Shown one piece after another: positions 8,909-19,142 of a stretch of DNA of 64,000 nt. Below the pieces are notes generated by a model. The model was given only the letters and a program-made list of their open reading frames with translations, made no database searches and had not been told where the DNA came from. The stretch comes from Candidatus Latescibacterota bacterium (GTDB taxonomy: Bacteria > Latescibacterota > UBA2968 > UBA8231): NCBI GenBank assembly GCA_965248265.1, contig CBDFJF010000002.1, positions 288,001 through 352,000 of the forward strand. The letters run 5' to 3'. The first letter of the stretch is position 1. Every line of letters starts with the position of its first letter. A program made the translations under genes and the position numbers.

Positions 8909-10876
8909 ATGGGCACAACCAGCACCATGCCAGACCTGGTCAGCGTAAAGGCCGCCCAGGTCGCCGCCCCGCCCACCTGGGCGCTGCTGGAGCGCAAGCT
9001 CATCAGCCTGATGGAAAAAGGGGCGCACATGATGAGCGCGAAGTACGCCGAGCGCAGCGGCGCCTGGTACTGGTCAGACGATATGGATGACTACTACGAG
9101 CGGTCGTACAACTGGTGTCTGCTGTACAGCATGGGTGGTGACGAGAGCCTCGTGGACCTGGCGCTCAAGCACTGGAACGCGACGACGCGGCTGTTCGACG
9201 ACCGGGACAACAATCGGGCCAACAATCTGGACTACTTCCACGGGACTACTCCCAAGACACTGAAGCATAATATTCACAACGAATACTTCAGCATCGTTCA
9301 TCCCGAAGACGCCGAGTGGCACCATATGGGTGAGGGGAATATGGGGTTCTACGACCTGGCTCTAGGCGACCCGACCGTCTCCGAGAACGTGCGCCGGGCC
9401 CGCAGGTTCGCCGACATGTTCCTCGGCGAAGACCCGGAAGCGCCGATCTGGGACGACGAGCACAAGATCATCCGCTCACCCATGCACGGCAGCCTGGGAC
9501 CCTACCACAACGCCCGGCTCGACCTGGTCAAGAGTTACCTGCACGGCGGTCACTCCAGATCGCCCGACTGGGACCCCAAACCGATGGGCAGGCGCGTCTC
9601 TCTCTACCCCGCGGTCAAGGAGCTCGAGCTGGGTTGGTGGGATGACCCGAAACGGGCGGAGGAGATCGTGCAGCTGTTCAATCACGTCGCACTGGATGGC
9701 GACTGTGCTTCGAACCTGACCGCCACTGCCCTGGTGACCAACGCTTACCTCTACACGGGAGACGAGAAATACAAGCGTTGGGTGGTGGAATACGTAGAAG
9801 TGTGGATGGACCGAATCAAACAGAACGACGGCATCATCCCGGACAATGTCGGTCCTACAGGCAAGCCTGGTGAGCACCGCGATGGTGTCTGGTGGGGGTC
9901 TTCGTGCGGTTGGAACAGTGTCTACGGCTGGAGCCACATCTTTCACGCCATCGCCGTGGCGGCTGAGTGCGCCCATCTGCTCACCGGAGACATGGTCTAC
10001 CTTGAGCTGCTGCGCTCCCAGGTCAAGATGCTTCTGGAAAATTCGATCATGGGCGAGGACGGCCGGCTGATGGTTCCGTGCCGGGCGACACCGGATGGTT
10101 GGGATTACAGCTGCGAGGGGGATGGAACTGCCACGACCAATCTGCGCATCTACGAGTTAGTCCACCTCTACCACGCCTCCATGTCCCAGGAAGACTACGA
10201 CATCATCCTCCGGGTGCGCGACGGCGACCGGACACGCGACTGGAACAAGGAGGAGATCGGGGCGGCGAGAGCCGAGTGGTACTCCGAGTACAGCCGCTTT
10301 CAATACTACGATGGCAAGAATCCGGACTGGCCCACGAAGACGCTGCAGGTCCAATACCAGCTGGCTCTGGAGACGTACCACAAGATGGAGGCGGACACGC
10401 GCACGGTGCCCGAAATCATCTCGGACAATCTGGAACCGGTGAACGCCGTGTTCACCAAGGTGCTGACGCAGGTGATGCTCGGCTCACCGCAGTATTTGTA
10501 TCACAGCGGGATGCTGCGGGCGACAGTGCGCTACTACGACAGGGACCGCGTGCGCCCGGGGCTGCCGCTGGACGTCGCCGCACTGGTGGACGAGTTGAGT
10601 GCTGATTCTGTGGGGGTCCAATTGGTGAACACCAGCCGAAATGAAACACGGAACCTGATCGTACAGGCCGGAGCTTTCGGGGAGCATCAGTTCACGCAGG
10701 TGCGGTACGACGGTGCAGACGGTGAGCAGGTCGTGCCGCTGGACGGGAAGTACTTCGCAGTGGAACTACCGCCGTCGACGGCGATTCGGGTGGACGCCGG
10801 CTTGCGGCGATTTGCCAACCAGCCCAGCTATGCCTTCCCATGGCATGGTGATACCATTCCGGTGCCGTTCAAGTAA
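8909..10876 (+). CDS. Conserved hypothetical ~655-aa protein, paralog of 5322-7199
   Basis: Same motif blocks along the full length; GAGAGG RBS upstream. Confidence 0.85.
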   Translation: MGTTSTMPDLVSVKAAQVAAPPTWALLERKLISLMEKGAHMMSAKYAERSGAWYWSDDMDDYYERSYNWCLLYSMGGDESLVDLALKHWNATTRLFDDRDNNRANNLDYFHGTTPKTLKHNIHNEYFSIVHPEDAEWHHMGEGNMGFYDLALGDPTVSENVRRARRFADMFLGEDPEAPIWDDEHKIIRSPMHGSLGPYHNARLDLVKSYLHGGHSRSPDWDPKPMGRRVSLYPAVKELELGWWDDPKRAEEIVQLFNHVALDGDCASNLTATALVTNAYLYTGDEKYKRWVVEYVEVWMDRIKQNDGIIPDNVGPTGKPGEHRDGVWWGSSCGWNSVYGWSHIFHAIAVAAECAHLLTGDMVYLELLRSQVKMLLENSIMGEDGRLMVPCRATPDGWDYSCEGDGTATTNLRIYELVHLYHASMSQEDYDIILRVRDGDRTRDWNKEEIGAARAEWYSEYSRFQYYDGKNPDWPTKTLQVQYQLALETYHKMEADTRTVPEIISDNLEPVNAVFTKVLTQVMLGSPQYLYHSGMLRATVRYYDRDRVRPGLPLDVAALVDELSADSVGVQLVNTSRNETRNLIVQAGAFGEHQFTQVRYDGADGEQVVPLDGKYFAVELPPSTAIRVDAGLRRFANQPSYAFPWHGDTIPVPFK

Positions 10877-10981
10877 TTCCAGGTGATCATCGCCACACCA
10901 CGCTGGGAACCAATGGTGATATTGCTGGGGGCTTCACGGAGGTGCGCAAGATAGTGCCGTGGACGTGCTCACTATCTTCCA

Positions 10982-12688
10982 TCACTCGTCCGGCACGGGA
11001 TCTGGCAAATTGTCAAATACGACTATTTTCTCGTCGGCCAACCCTGCCGCGCGCATGCTCGTCGCCACTGCATCGGCCAGCCGGGTTGGCAATGAACTGT
11101 TTTCCATGATCAACAGGAATCCAACCTCCGCAAGGTCTGCGAGGTCGAGGAATGCGAGCACGGGGTTGTCGCTGATCTCGAGCACCTCCACGACCGAACT
11201 CAGGGACGAGAGATCTACGGTCCGCAGGTTGGGGTTGCCGATTATCCACAAGGTGTGGCCGATCTGCTCGACGGCTGCCAGACCTCCCGCATCGGTCAGG
11301 GCGCTGTTGTTGGTGACCAACAGCGAGCGGGACACCTGCCTCAATCCACTCAGACCATCCAGATCTGCCAGTGCCGTGTTAGACTGGATGACGACCTCAC
11401 TGAGGTGCAGCAGACTTCCATCGTTCGGCCCATCGACGCGGGATACGTTGTGCAGTCCCTCCAGGCTCGTCATCGCGGTGTTTTGTGCGATCCACAGAGT
11501 CTCGAGAGTTTGCAGCCCGGACAGCGCAGTCAGATCGGTCAGCGCCCGGTTGGATACCAGTTCAATCCCGGTTACCCCCTTCACGTCCTCGATTCCGACC
11601 AGGCTGACCAGGTCGCTGTCCTTGACTTGCAGCGGGCCGTCGATCCGTTGCAGTGAAGAGAACGCACTCAGGTCCGCCATGCCAGTCTCGCCAATGGACA
11701 GCCCACCCACCCTCTCCAAGTTGGGCATGGCCAAATCACTCAAGTCGGCGCCCCGAAGGCTCAGGAATCCGCCTACGTGGCGGACGCCGGCGAGCACATC
11801 GAGGGCATCCGTCAGGCCCGGGTTTCTGATCCCTAGATTCCTCTCCAACTCTGGCAACAGATGGGCCAGCGGCTGCAACCGCGTGAGGCTTTCATTATCG
11901 GTCAGGGACAGCCCGCCGATGCTCTGCAATTGGCGGAGAGGCTCGAGGGAGGTCACGCCGGGCAGGGCAGACAGACCCAACCCTCCGCCCACATGGCGCA
12001 GCGCCCGCAGGCCGTCCAGGCTGGGAAGTGCGGGATTTGATCCAACACTGAGACTTCCGGACACGATCTCGAGGTTCATCAAACCCAGTTCGGTAAGTTC
12101 CTGGTTGCCGCTGATGCGTAAATTGCCATGCACAGCCACCAAATTCGACAGCGTCGAAAGGGACGTCAGGTCGGTGGATCGAATGATCAAGTCGCCTCGC
12201 ACCTCGAAGGGATCGTCGCCGGCAGCCAGGGCTTCCAGGCCGGCGGGGTCCTTGATCTCGAAGCTGCCAACACGCTGGACGACCCCGTCCGGTGGTTCCA
12301 GGACCCGTACCTGTGCCTCTTCCGACCAGGCTACGGTGCCAGCGGTCTCCGTTGACACACGGTAGCCGTGGATCTTGCCCGGTAGCACGCTTCGATCGAC
12401 GAATACCGTGTCGTCGCGGGCCATGCGAGCCACGATTTCCAGCGAATCCCCGACGCTGCGTTCCACCGCGTAAGCGATGAAGTCCTCCGTGAAGCCGTAG
12501 CGGGTCCAGACCACGGTAACCCAGCCACCGCGCTGGTAGTCAGACGTGGCGGAGAGGATCTGCACCTCGCCTGAGCCAATACCCAGATCCGGACCACTAG
12601 GGCTGTTGTCGCTGGAGCTGCACCCGAGCCATCCGGCCACCAGCAGCAAGCAAGCAAGAAGCAGTCGCAGGTCGCGGGTCGTGCACAT
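10982..12688 (-). CDS. Lipoprotein with FN3-like domain and receptor-L-domain/leucine-rich repeats
   Basis: Lipobox AGWLGC after a hydrophobic signal; repeated LxIxxNxxLxxLxGLxxL units. Confidence 0.8.
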   Translation of the reverse strand: MCTTRDLRLLLACLLLVAGWLGCSSSDNSPSGPDLGIGSGEVQILSATSDYQRGGWVTVVWTRYGFTEDFIAYAVERSVGDSLEIVARMARDDTVFVDRSVLPGKIHGYRVSTETAGTVAWSEEAQVRVLEPPDGVVQRVGSFEIKDPAGLEALAAGDDPFEVRGDLIIRSTDLTSLSTLSNLVAVHGNLRISGNQELTELGLMNLEIVSGSLSVGSNPALPSLDGLRALRHVGGGLGLSALPGVTSLEPLRQLQSIGGLSLTDNESLTRLQPLAHLLPELERNLGIRNPGLTDALDVLAGVRHVGGFLSLRGADLSDLAMPNLERVGGLSIGETGMADLSAFSSLQRIDGPLQVKDSDLVSLVGIEDVKGVTGIELVSNRALTDLTALSGLQTLETLWIAQNTAMTSLEGLHNVSRVDGPNDGSLLHLSEVVIQSNTALADLDGLSGLRQVSRSLLVTNNSALTDAGGLAAVEQIGHTLWIIGNPNLRTVDLSSLSSVVEVLEISDNPVLAFLDLADLAEVGFLLIMENSSLPTRLADAVATSMRAAGLADEKIVVFDNLPDPVPDE

Positions 12689-12842
12689 GCGATTATCCAA
12701 GTTTGGCTGAGGGGAAATCGAGGGTCTTCCTCTACGGTATCTATTATAACATCTATAACATCGGCACAATTCTGCCACTGCTTCAGCACCTACAATCGGC
12801 CGGGATTCGCCAATGGCGGCCCCAATCCCGTTGTTCTATGCC

Positions 12843-14642
12843 ATGGTCTTTCTGATCCAGTTCTGGAATATCCTGGCCGGCCGTCGCCGGTTGCTGGCGC
12901 TGTCGGTGTTGTGCGGCCTCCTGTTCGCCGGCGCCAATCTGGTGCCGCCGTTGCTGATCCGCCAGCTGATCGCCTGGGTCACGGAGGGGGGTGGCAGCCC
13001 AGACGAGCTGCTGCTGCTCAGCGTCGGACTCCTCGGCGTGTACCTCCTGCGCGGCACAGCTCGGTATGGCTACGGGAGGTTTTCTCACCATGCTGCCTAC
13101 GGCACAATGCATGAACTGATGGTACGCGCTTACCGGCACATACAGAGCCTGCCACACCGCTTCTTCACCGGCGAGCGCACCGGCAATCTCATCTCGCGCT
13201 CCATCAATGACATCGAAGCGGTAGAGGACTTCATCGCCCACGGTGTGCCCGAGACCATCCTGGCCCTCGTCATCCCCACGGCGATGATGATCGTTCTCTT
13301 CGTCCTCGATCCTGAGCTGGCGGCCATTACCCTGCTGCCGATCCCCATCGCCGGGTTCCTGGTCTATCGATTTGTCCGGCGGGTGCGTCAGATGTGGCGT
13401 GACGTGCGTTGGCGGTTGTCGGACCTGGTCGCCCGCGTGCACGACAACATCGCCGGGATTCGGGTCATCAAGGCCTTCGTGCAGGAAGAGCGTGCGGCGC
13501 GACAGGTCGAGGAGCACAGCAGCGCTTTCCGCGACGCCTCCATCAAGGCGAACTCGGTATCCCTGATGCCGGCCGGCCTGGTCGAAGCAGCCGGGGGTGT
13601 CGGCATCGTCCTTGTCATATGGGCCGGCGGCTCGGCGGCCCTCGCCGACCGCATCAGCGTCGCCGATCTCTTCGTCTTCATCGTCTACCTGGGCCACATC
13701 TACCAACCCTTTCTGCAGCTGGCATCGATCAACGATGTGCTGCAGAAAGCCGCCGTCAGTACCGACCGCGTTTTCCAATTGTTGGCCGTCGAGTCCGATA
13801 TCGTCGATGCGCCACAAGCCCGAGCCCCCGCTGCCACTACCTGGGACGTCCACTTCGACCATGTCACTTTCGCCTACGATGAGACTGACGGCCGGGTGCT
13901 GCACGATGTTGATTTCCATGTGCCCGCCGGTGCCGTCGTTGCCCTCGTCGGACACACGGGGGCGGGTAAGACAACGATCTCACACCTGCTGCCACGCTAC
14001 TACGATCCGCAGCAGGGGGCCGTTCGTATCGGCGGCCACGACCTGCGTGACCTGCCGCTGGTCTGGGTGCGAGGCCATATCGCCTCGGTGGACCAGGACG
14101 TGTTTCTTTTTCATGGTACCGTAGCGGAGAATATTGCGTTCGGACGTGGAGGCGATCCACCCGCCGGCAGGAATGGTAACCCCGAGGCCGATTTGCGCGC
14201 GGCGGCGGCCGCCGCCAATGCCGACGAGTTCATTGACTAGCTGCCTGCCGGTTACGACACCCTCATCGGCGAGCGAGGTGTGCGCCTCTCCGGGGGTCAG
14301 AAGCAGCGCCTGGCGATCGCCCGCGCCTTACTCTCGGATGCACCCATCCTCATCCTGGACGAGGCGACTTCGGCCGTCGACACCCATACCGAACTGCTCA
14401 TCCAGGAAGCACTCAACCGGTTGATGGCGAGCCGGACCACCCTCGTGATCGCCCATCGCCTGTCGACGGTCAGACACGCCGACCTCATCGTCGTCCTCGA
14501 GCAGGGCCGCGTCGTGGAGACGGGGCGCCACGACGAGCTGCTGACTGACGACGGTCCGTACCGAAGGATGATCGAGGCCCAGGAGCTGCTCGCCGATGTC
14601 AGCCCCGATTACCTTCCCGACGACTCCGACTTTAAAGGTTAG
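12843..14642 (+). pseudogene. ABC exporter (TMD plus NBD) interrupted by an in-frame TAG at 14238-14240
   Basis: Walker A GHTGAGKT before the stop; the frame continues [28 protein letters not shown] with ILDEATS and AHRL. Confidence 0.88.
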
Positions 14643-14648
14643 AATCGC

Positions 14649-16853
14649 ATGGTCTATCGAGTAGGCATTATTGGCGGCGGGCGCATGGGAACCCATCACG
14701 CCCGCGCGTACACACTAAATTCGGCAACGGAGATCGTAGCCGTCGCCGATACCGATGAAGAGAACCGGGAGTTGTTCGCAGGCCGTTTCCAGGCCCGGCC
14801 GTACGCCGGCTATGAACAGATGCTGGGGGCCGAGAATCCCGACATCGTGGGAGTGGTTCTGCCCGTTCGGGCCAACGCCGCCGCCGTCGTGGCCGCCGCT
14901 GAATCCGGTGCCAGGGCCGTCTTCTGTGAGAAGCCGATGACGGCGCGCCTGTCGGACGCCGACGCCATGGTTGAGGCCTGCGAGCGCAACGGCGCCGCCT
15001 TTGCCGCCGGAGTGATCCCTCGCAACTATCCTGAGTACTGGAAGGCCCGTGACATGGTCGACGCTGGTGAAATCGGCGAGATCACTGGTATCAATGTCTA
15101 CGACCCGAACGGACAGGGTGGCTGTCACGGCATCAACCTGGCGCTCATGTTCGCGCAGGACGCCGATGTCGAGTGGGTGGTGGGCTCGGTTGGGGGTGAT
15201 CCGCACAGTGACGAGGACGGTGACGGGGCGCTGCAGGGCGTTGGCGGGTACTTCCGATTCGCCAGCGGCATCGAGGTCTTCTGCCATACAGCGGCGGGTG
15301 TGCGTACCCGGGCCGGCGAGTCGGGTCAGGGAATCGAGGTCGTCGGCACTGGTGGGTTGATCTGGAACGACTTCGACGGACTCCACATCGCCAAGGCTCA
15401 GGTTGACTACGATCCAGGCGAGCGCTCTCAACTCACAGAGATCGAGGGCGTTTTTGAGGATACTCGCAACCTTGCCGACCGCGGCTACGACGCCGACGGC
15501 TGGCGGCTCCCGACCCCGGGCATGATGGCCAGCGTTCAGGCGCTGGTGGATGCACTGGAGGCCGGCACCACGCCCCGCATGAGCACGGGCCAGAGTCTTC
15601 GCAGGGCCCTGGAGATCTGCATCGCACTGCGCGAATCGGCTCGCCGTGACCACGAGACAATCAAGTTTCCACTAGAGGACCGCAGTCTCGTAATGTACCC
15701 GGTGCCCTCTCGCTGGAACTTCAAGAAGGAGATACACGGACGGGAGAGCTACATGCAGGTCGATCGCGACATCGTCCACCAGATCGCTTTCGACTGCGCC
15801 AGGAGTCGTGGCCAGTCGCTGGAGCCGAAGTCCGTTGACGATCTCGTTCACGACTTGAGGGATGTGGCCAGGTTCCGTGTTGCCCAGGAGTCGAGGAGTG
15901 AGGAGCTGATCGATCAGTTGGTGAAGGCGGGTCTGCCCGGTATCGTCGCGTTCTACGATGCTGTCGCTGACGAACACGCAATGGGCAAGGCCTACATTAC
16001 CTCCCTGGATGCTGTTGATCTGGTCGACGAGTTCAGGGCCAAGATCCAGGAGTTGTCGGGGACGGGGCCTTCCGGTGTTCCCAACAGTGTCAGCAACGAC
16101 GTGCGTGACTATCTGGGTGCACGGTTGCTGCGCCAGCTCAATGCCGAGTACGAGGGCTTCATGGATTTGCCCAAACGCGAGCGTCTCGAGGGTCGCTACT
16201 TCCTGCGCACCCTCATTCTGAAAGCGCTTGAGCTGGCGCGGCCGGATCTGGACGAGGCAACCCGCGAAGAGATGGTTGAACCGCCGCCGCGAGATGTCGG
16301 ACCGGTACATCATGTCAGAAAACTGGCTGACGTTGCCGAGAGTGTGCTGCGCCGGTTGCCCCCTGACCGCGAGCCGGAACTGCTGTTCGACATCCTTCGT
16401 AAAATGGATCTGCATCCCGAGTACTATGATTTGCTGTTGCCTCAAGCCCGTGAGCTGCGCCAGGATGAAGAGCTAGATTGGGGCGATAACGAGCGCGCCT
16501 TCCTCAGTGATCTACGGGCAGTGGTACCTGAGAACGCCCATGCTGTCAGCTCCGATCCGGCCGGTGTCCGCGCCCGGTTGAACCGGTTCGACTACATGCA
16601 ACGTCATGCCCCCGATGACCCTGAGCTGGTGGAACTGCTGGTCGGCGTGCTGATTCGCCTCGACCGTCACAACGACTACGAGCAGTTGGTCGAACGGGTG
16701 ATATCGGCGGGCGAGGCAGCCATTCCCGAACTGACGGAACTGGTCACGCAGATCGACGACGTCGAGACCTATCGCCTGCGCATCCGCGACGGTGCTGCCA
16801 GAGCGCTCAAGGCCGTGCGGCACGGCGCGCAGACAGCAGCGCTCACCCAATGA
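14649..16853 (+). CDS. Gfo/Idh/MocA oxidoreductase fused to an unknown ~365-aa helical domain
   Basis: GGGRMG Rossmann motif and CEKPM; oxidoreductase-like sequence ends near aa 368. Confidence 0.8.
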   Translation: MVYRVGIIGGGRMGTHHARAYTLNSATEIVAVADTDEENRELFAGRFQARPYAGYEQMLGAENPDIVGVVLPVRANAAAVVAAAESGARAVFCEKPMTARLSDADAMVEACERNGAAFAAGVIPRNYPEYWKARDMVDAGEIGEITGINVYDPNGQGGCHGINLALMFAQDADVEWVVGSVGGDPHSDEDGDGALQGVGGYFRFASGIEVFCHTAAGVRTRAGESGQGIEVVGTGGLIWNDFDGLHIAKAQVDYDPGERSQLTEIEGVFEDTRNLADRGYDADGWRLPTPGMMASVQALVDALEAGTTPRMSTGQSLRRALEICIALRESARRDHETIKFPLEDRSLVMYPVPSRWNFKKEIHGRESYMQVDRDIVHQIAFDCARSRGQSLEPKSVDDLVHDLRDVARFRVAQESRSEELIDQLVKAGLPGIVAFYDAVADEHAMGKAYITSLDAVDLVDEFRAKIQELSGTGPSGVPNSVSNDVRDYLGARLLRQLNAEYEGFMDLPKRERLEGRYFLRTLILKALELARPDLDEATREEMVEPPPRDVGPVHHVRKLADVAESVLRRLPPDREPELLFDILRKMDLHPEYYDLLLPQARELRQDEELDWGDNERAFLSDLRAVVPENAHAVSSDPAGVRARLNRFDYMQRHAPDDPELVELLVGVLIRLDRHNDYEQLVERVISAGEAAIPELTELVTQIDDVETYRLRIRDGAARALKAVRHGAQTAALTQ

Positions 16854-19135
16854 CATCATCCACCATCGACACCCGTCGCCTGCTGGAGACGGTTTCAGCG
16901 GACGAGGCTGAAATCACCGAGGCGATCACTTCTCAGCTGGAGCCAGAGGAGCAAGTGCTCATCCGCGTGTTCTCTGATCTGGCTCCGGACTTCCGCTTCG
17001 CGGCGCAATGGATGGCGGTAACCAATCGACGGGTGCTGATCGCCGGTGATGATAGCGTTCCGACGGACAACGCGACTGCTTCGCCAGTTACTACCATTGC
17101 CCTGAATGATTTGAGCGCCGTCCGCGCCGAGGCTCTGGTTGGTGGAGGACGGCTGGAGCTGGAACACAAGAGCGGGCCGGCACTGTACCTGCCTTACAGC
17201 AGCTCCCTGGCGGTCAAATTCTCCGAGGTCGCGCGCGGACTCGAGCAGCTTCGCAAGGGCGAGCCGTTGCAGATCAACACCGAGCGCGATCGCCTGCGCT
17301 GCGACAAGTGCGGTCGTCTGCTGCCCGAAAAGAATGGTCTGTGTCCGGCATGCGTGAAGCGTCTACGCACCCTGGGGCGCATCGTCTCCTACATGAAGCC
17401 ACACAAATGGCGGGCGGCCGCGCTGGCCCTGGCTTCGGTGGCTACGACGCTGGCCGAGCTCGCGCCGCCGCTCATTCACCGACGACTGGTCGACGATGTG
17501 CTGGTCCCTGTGGAGGGCGCGGTGAGTACAGTCGACGAGCGTATTGTCTTGCTTGGGTGGCTGATACTGACGCTGGTCGGCGTGCGTGTGCTGAGCTGGA
17601 TCGCCGAGCTGGCTCACGGTTGGGTTGTTACTTGGCTGAGCGCGCGAGTAACCGCGGATATCCGCGCCGAGCTTTACCGGCGGCTTGAGCTGCTATCTCT
17701 GCAGTTCTACGACAAGCGCCACGTAGGTGCGCTGATCTCGAGAATCACCCGTGACGCCGGCATGCTGCAGGAATTTCTCATCGATGGCCTGCCCTACCTG
17801 ATCATCAATGCACTGATGATCCTCGGTATTCTCGTGTTCATGTTCACGATGAGCTGGCAGGTGACACTGTATATACTGATCCCGGTGCCGCTGTTGCTTG
17901 GTTGGAGTGCGCTGTTCTGGCGTCGCATGCGGCGGATTTTCCACCACTACAGCCAGGGCTGGTCGTCGCTGGGCTCCCGACTGAACGAGGCCTTGAACGG
18001 CATTCGCGTGGTCAAGGCGTTTTCCCAGGAGCACAGGGAAGTCACAGCCTTTGAAGAGAAAAACGACAAGCTGGCGCGTGTCTCCAGGCGCGCGGCACGC
18101 AACTGGTGGGTGCTGTGGACGATCATGGGCATGATGTCGGCGTTCGGCATGTTCATCATCTGGCTGGCAGGGGGCATGCAAGTGCTGGATGGGACCATCA
18201 CAATTGGCACGTTGCTGGCGTTGTACTCCTACATGTGGCTCGTTTACGGCCCGATGGAATGGTTCGCCAAGGTGAACTCGTGGATGACGCGGGCTTTCGC
18301 CGGGGCCGAACGGATCTTCGAGATCATCGACACCCCGCCCGAGTCCTACGAAGACCCGGATGCCGTGGCCATGCCGAAGATGGATGGGCGCGTCGTCTTC
18401 ACCGAGGTCACCTTCGGCTACGACAAGAGCAAGCCGGTGTTGCACGAGGTCACTCTCGACGTGGCTCCGGGAGAGATGATCGGCCTCGTCGGCAAGTCCG
18501 GGGTTGGGAAGACGACGACGGTAAACCTGGTGTCCCGATTCTACGATGTGGACCATGGCTCGATCTCCATCGACGGCGTCGACATCAGGAAGATCAAGCT
18601 GGAGGATCTGCGACGACAGATAGGCGCCGTGCCACAGGAACCGGTGTTGTTCAGCGGCAGCATCGCCGAGAATATCAGCTATGGAAACCCAGAGGCCTCG
18701 TTGCCGGAAGTCATGGAGGCGGCCCGCGGCGCCAACGCCCACAATTTCATTGTTGGTAAACCCGACGGCTATGACACGCACGTGGGAGAGCGGGGCTCCG
18801 GGTTGTCTGGAGGAGAGAAGCAGCGCATCGCCATCGCCCGGGCGATTCTGCACGATCCAGCCATACTGATCCTCGACGAGGCGACCTCATCGGTTGATGT
18901 GGAAACCGAGAGGCAAATCCAAGAATCGCTGGCTCACCTCGTTGCCGGACGTACGACCTTCGCCATCGCTCACCGCCTCTCTACCCTGCGCAATGCCGAC
19001 CGCCTGGTGGTCCTCGAAGGTGGCAGGATAGTGGAGGTCGGCAGTCACGACGAGTTGACGCAGAGCAAGGGGGCCTTCTACGAGCTGGTGCAGATGCAGG
19101 AAGCCGTGTCGCAGATCATCGCGGTGAAGGAGTGA
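16850..19135 (+). CDS. ABC exporter with N-terminal extension and Zn ribbon
   Basis: CDKC-x10-CPAC; GKSGVGKT; LSGGEKQR; ILDEATSS; ATGA overlap with the upstream gene. Confidence 0.92.
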   Translation: MTSSTIDTRRLLETVSADEAEITEAITSQLEPEEQVLIRVFSDLAPDFRFAAQWMAVTNRRVLIAGDDSVPTDNATASPVTTIALNDLSAVRAEALVGGGRLELEHKSGPALYLPYSSSLAVKFSEVARGLEQLRKGEPLQINTERDRLRCDKCGRLLPEKNGLCPACVKRLRTLGRIVSYMKPHKWRAAALALASVATTLAELAPPLIHRRLVDDVLVPVEGAVSTVDERIVLLGWLILTLVGVRVLSWIAELAHGWVVTWLSARVTADIRAELYRRLELLSLQFYDKRHVGALISRITRDAGMLQEFLIDGLPYLIINALMILGILVFMFTMSWQVTLYILIPVPLLLGWSALFWRRMRRIFHHYSQGWSSLGSRLNEALNGIRVVKAFSQEHREVTAFEEKNDKLARVSRRAARNWWVLWTIMGMMSAFGMFIIWLAGGMQVLDGTITIGTLLALYSYMWLVYGPMEWFAKVNSWMTRAFAGAERIFEIIDTPPESYEDPDAVAMPKMDGRVVFTEVTFGYDKSKPVLHEVTLDVAPGEMIGLVGKSGVGKTTTVNLVSRFYDVDHGSISIDGVDIRKIKLEDLRRQIGAVPQEPVLFSGSIAENISYGNPEASLPEVMEAARGANAHNFIVGKPDGYDTHVGERGSGLSGGEKQRIAIARAILHDPAILILDEATSSVDVETERQIQESLAHLVAGRTTFAIAHRLSTLRNADRLVVLEGGRIVEVGSHDELTQSKGAFYELVQMQEAVSQIIAVKE

Positions 19136-19142
19136 GCCGCAG

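Noticed and set aside
10959-12365. 468-aa plus-strand ORF
   Set aside because: Antisense shadow of the repeat lipoprotein; S/R/P-rich with no motifs
14238-14240. Genome-wide amber recoding or pyrrolysine
   Set aside because: TAG ends many normal genes here (5266, 14642, 26806, 27116, 63130), and no pyl genes are present in the window
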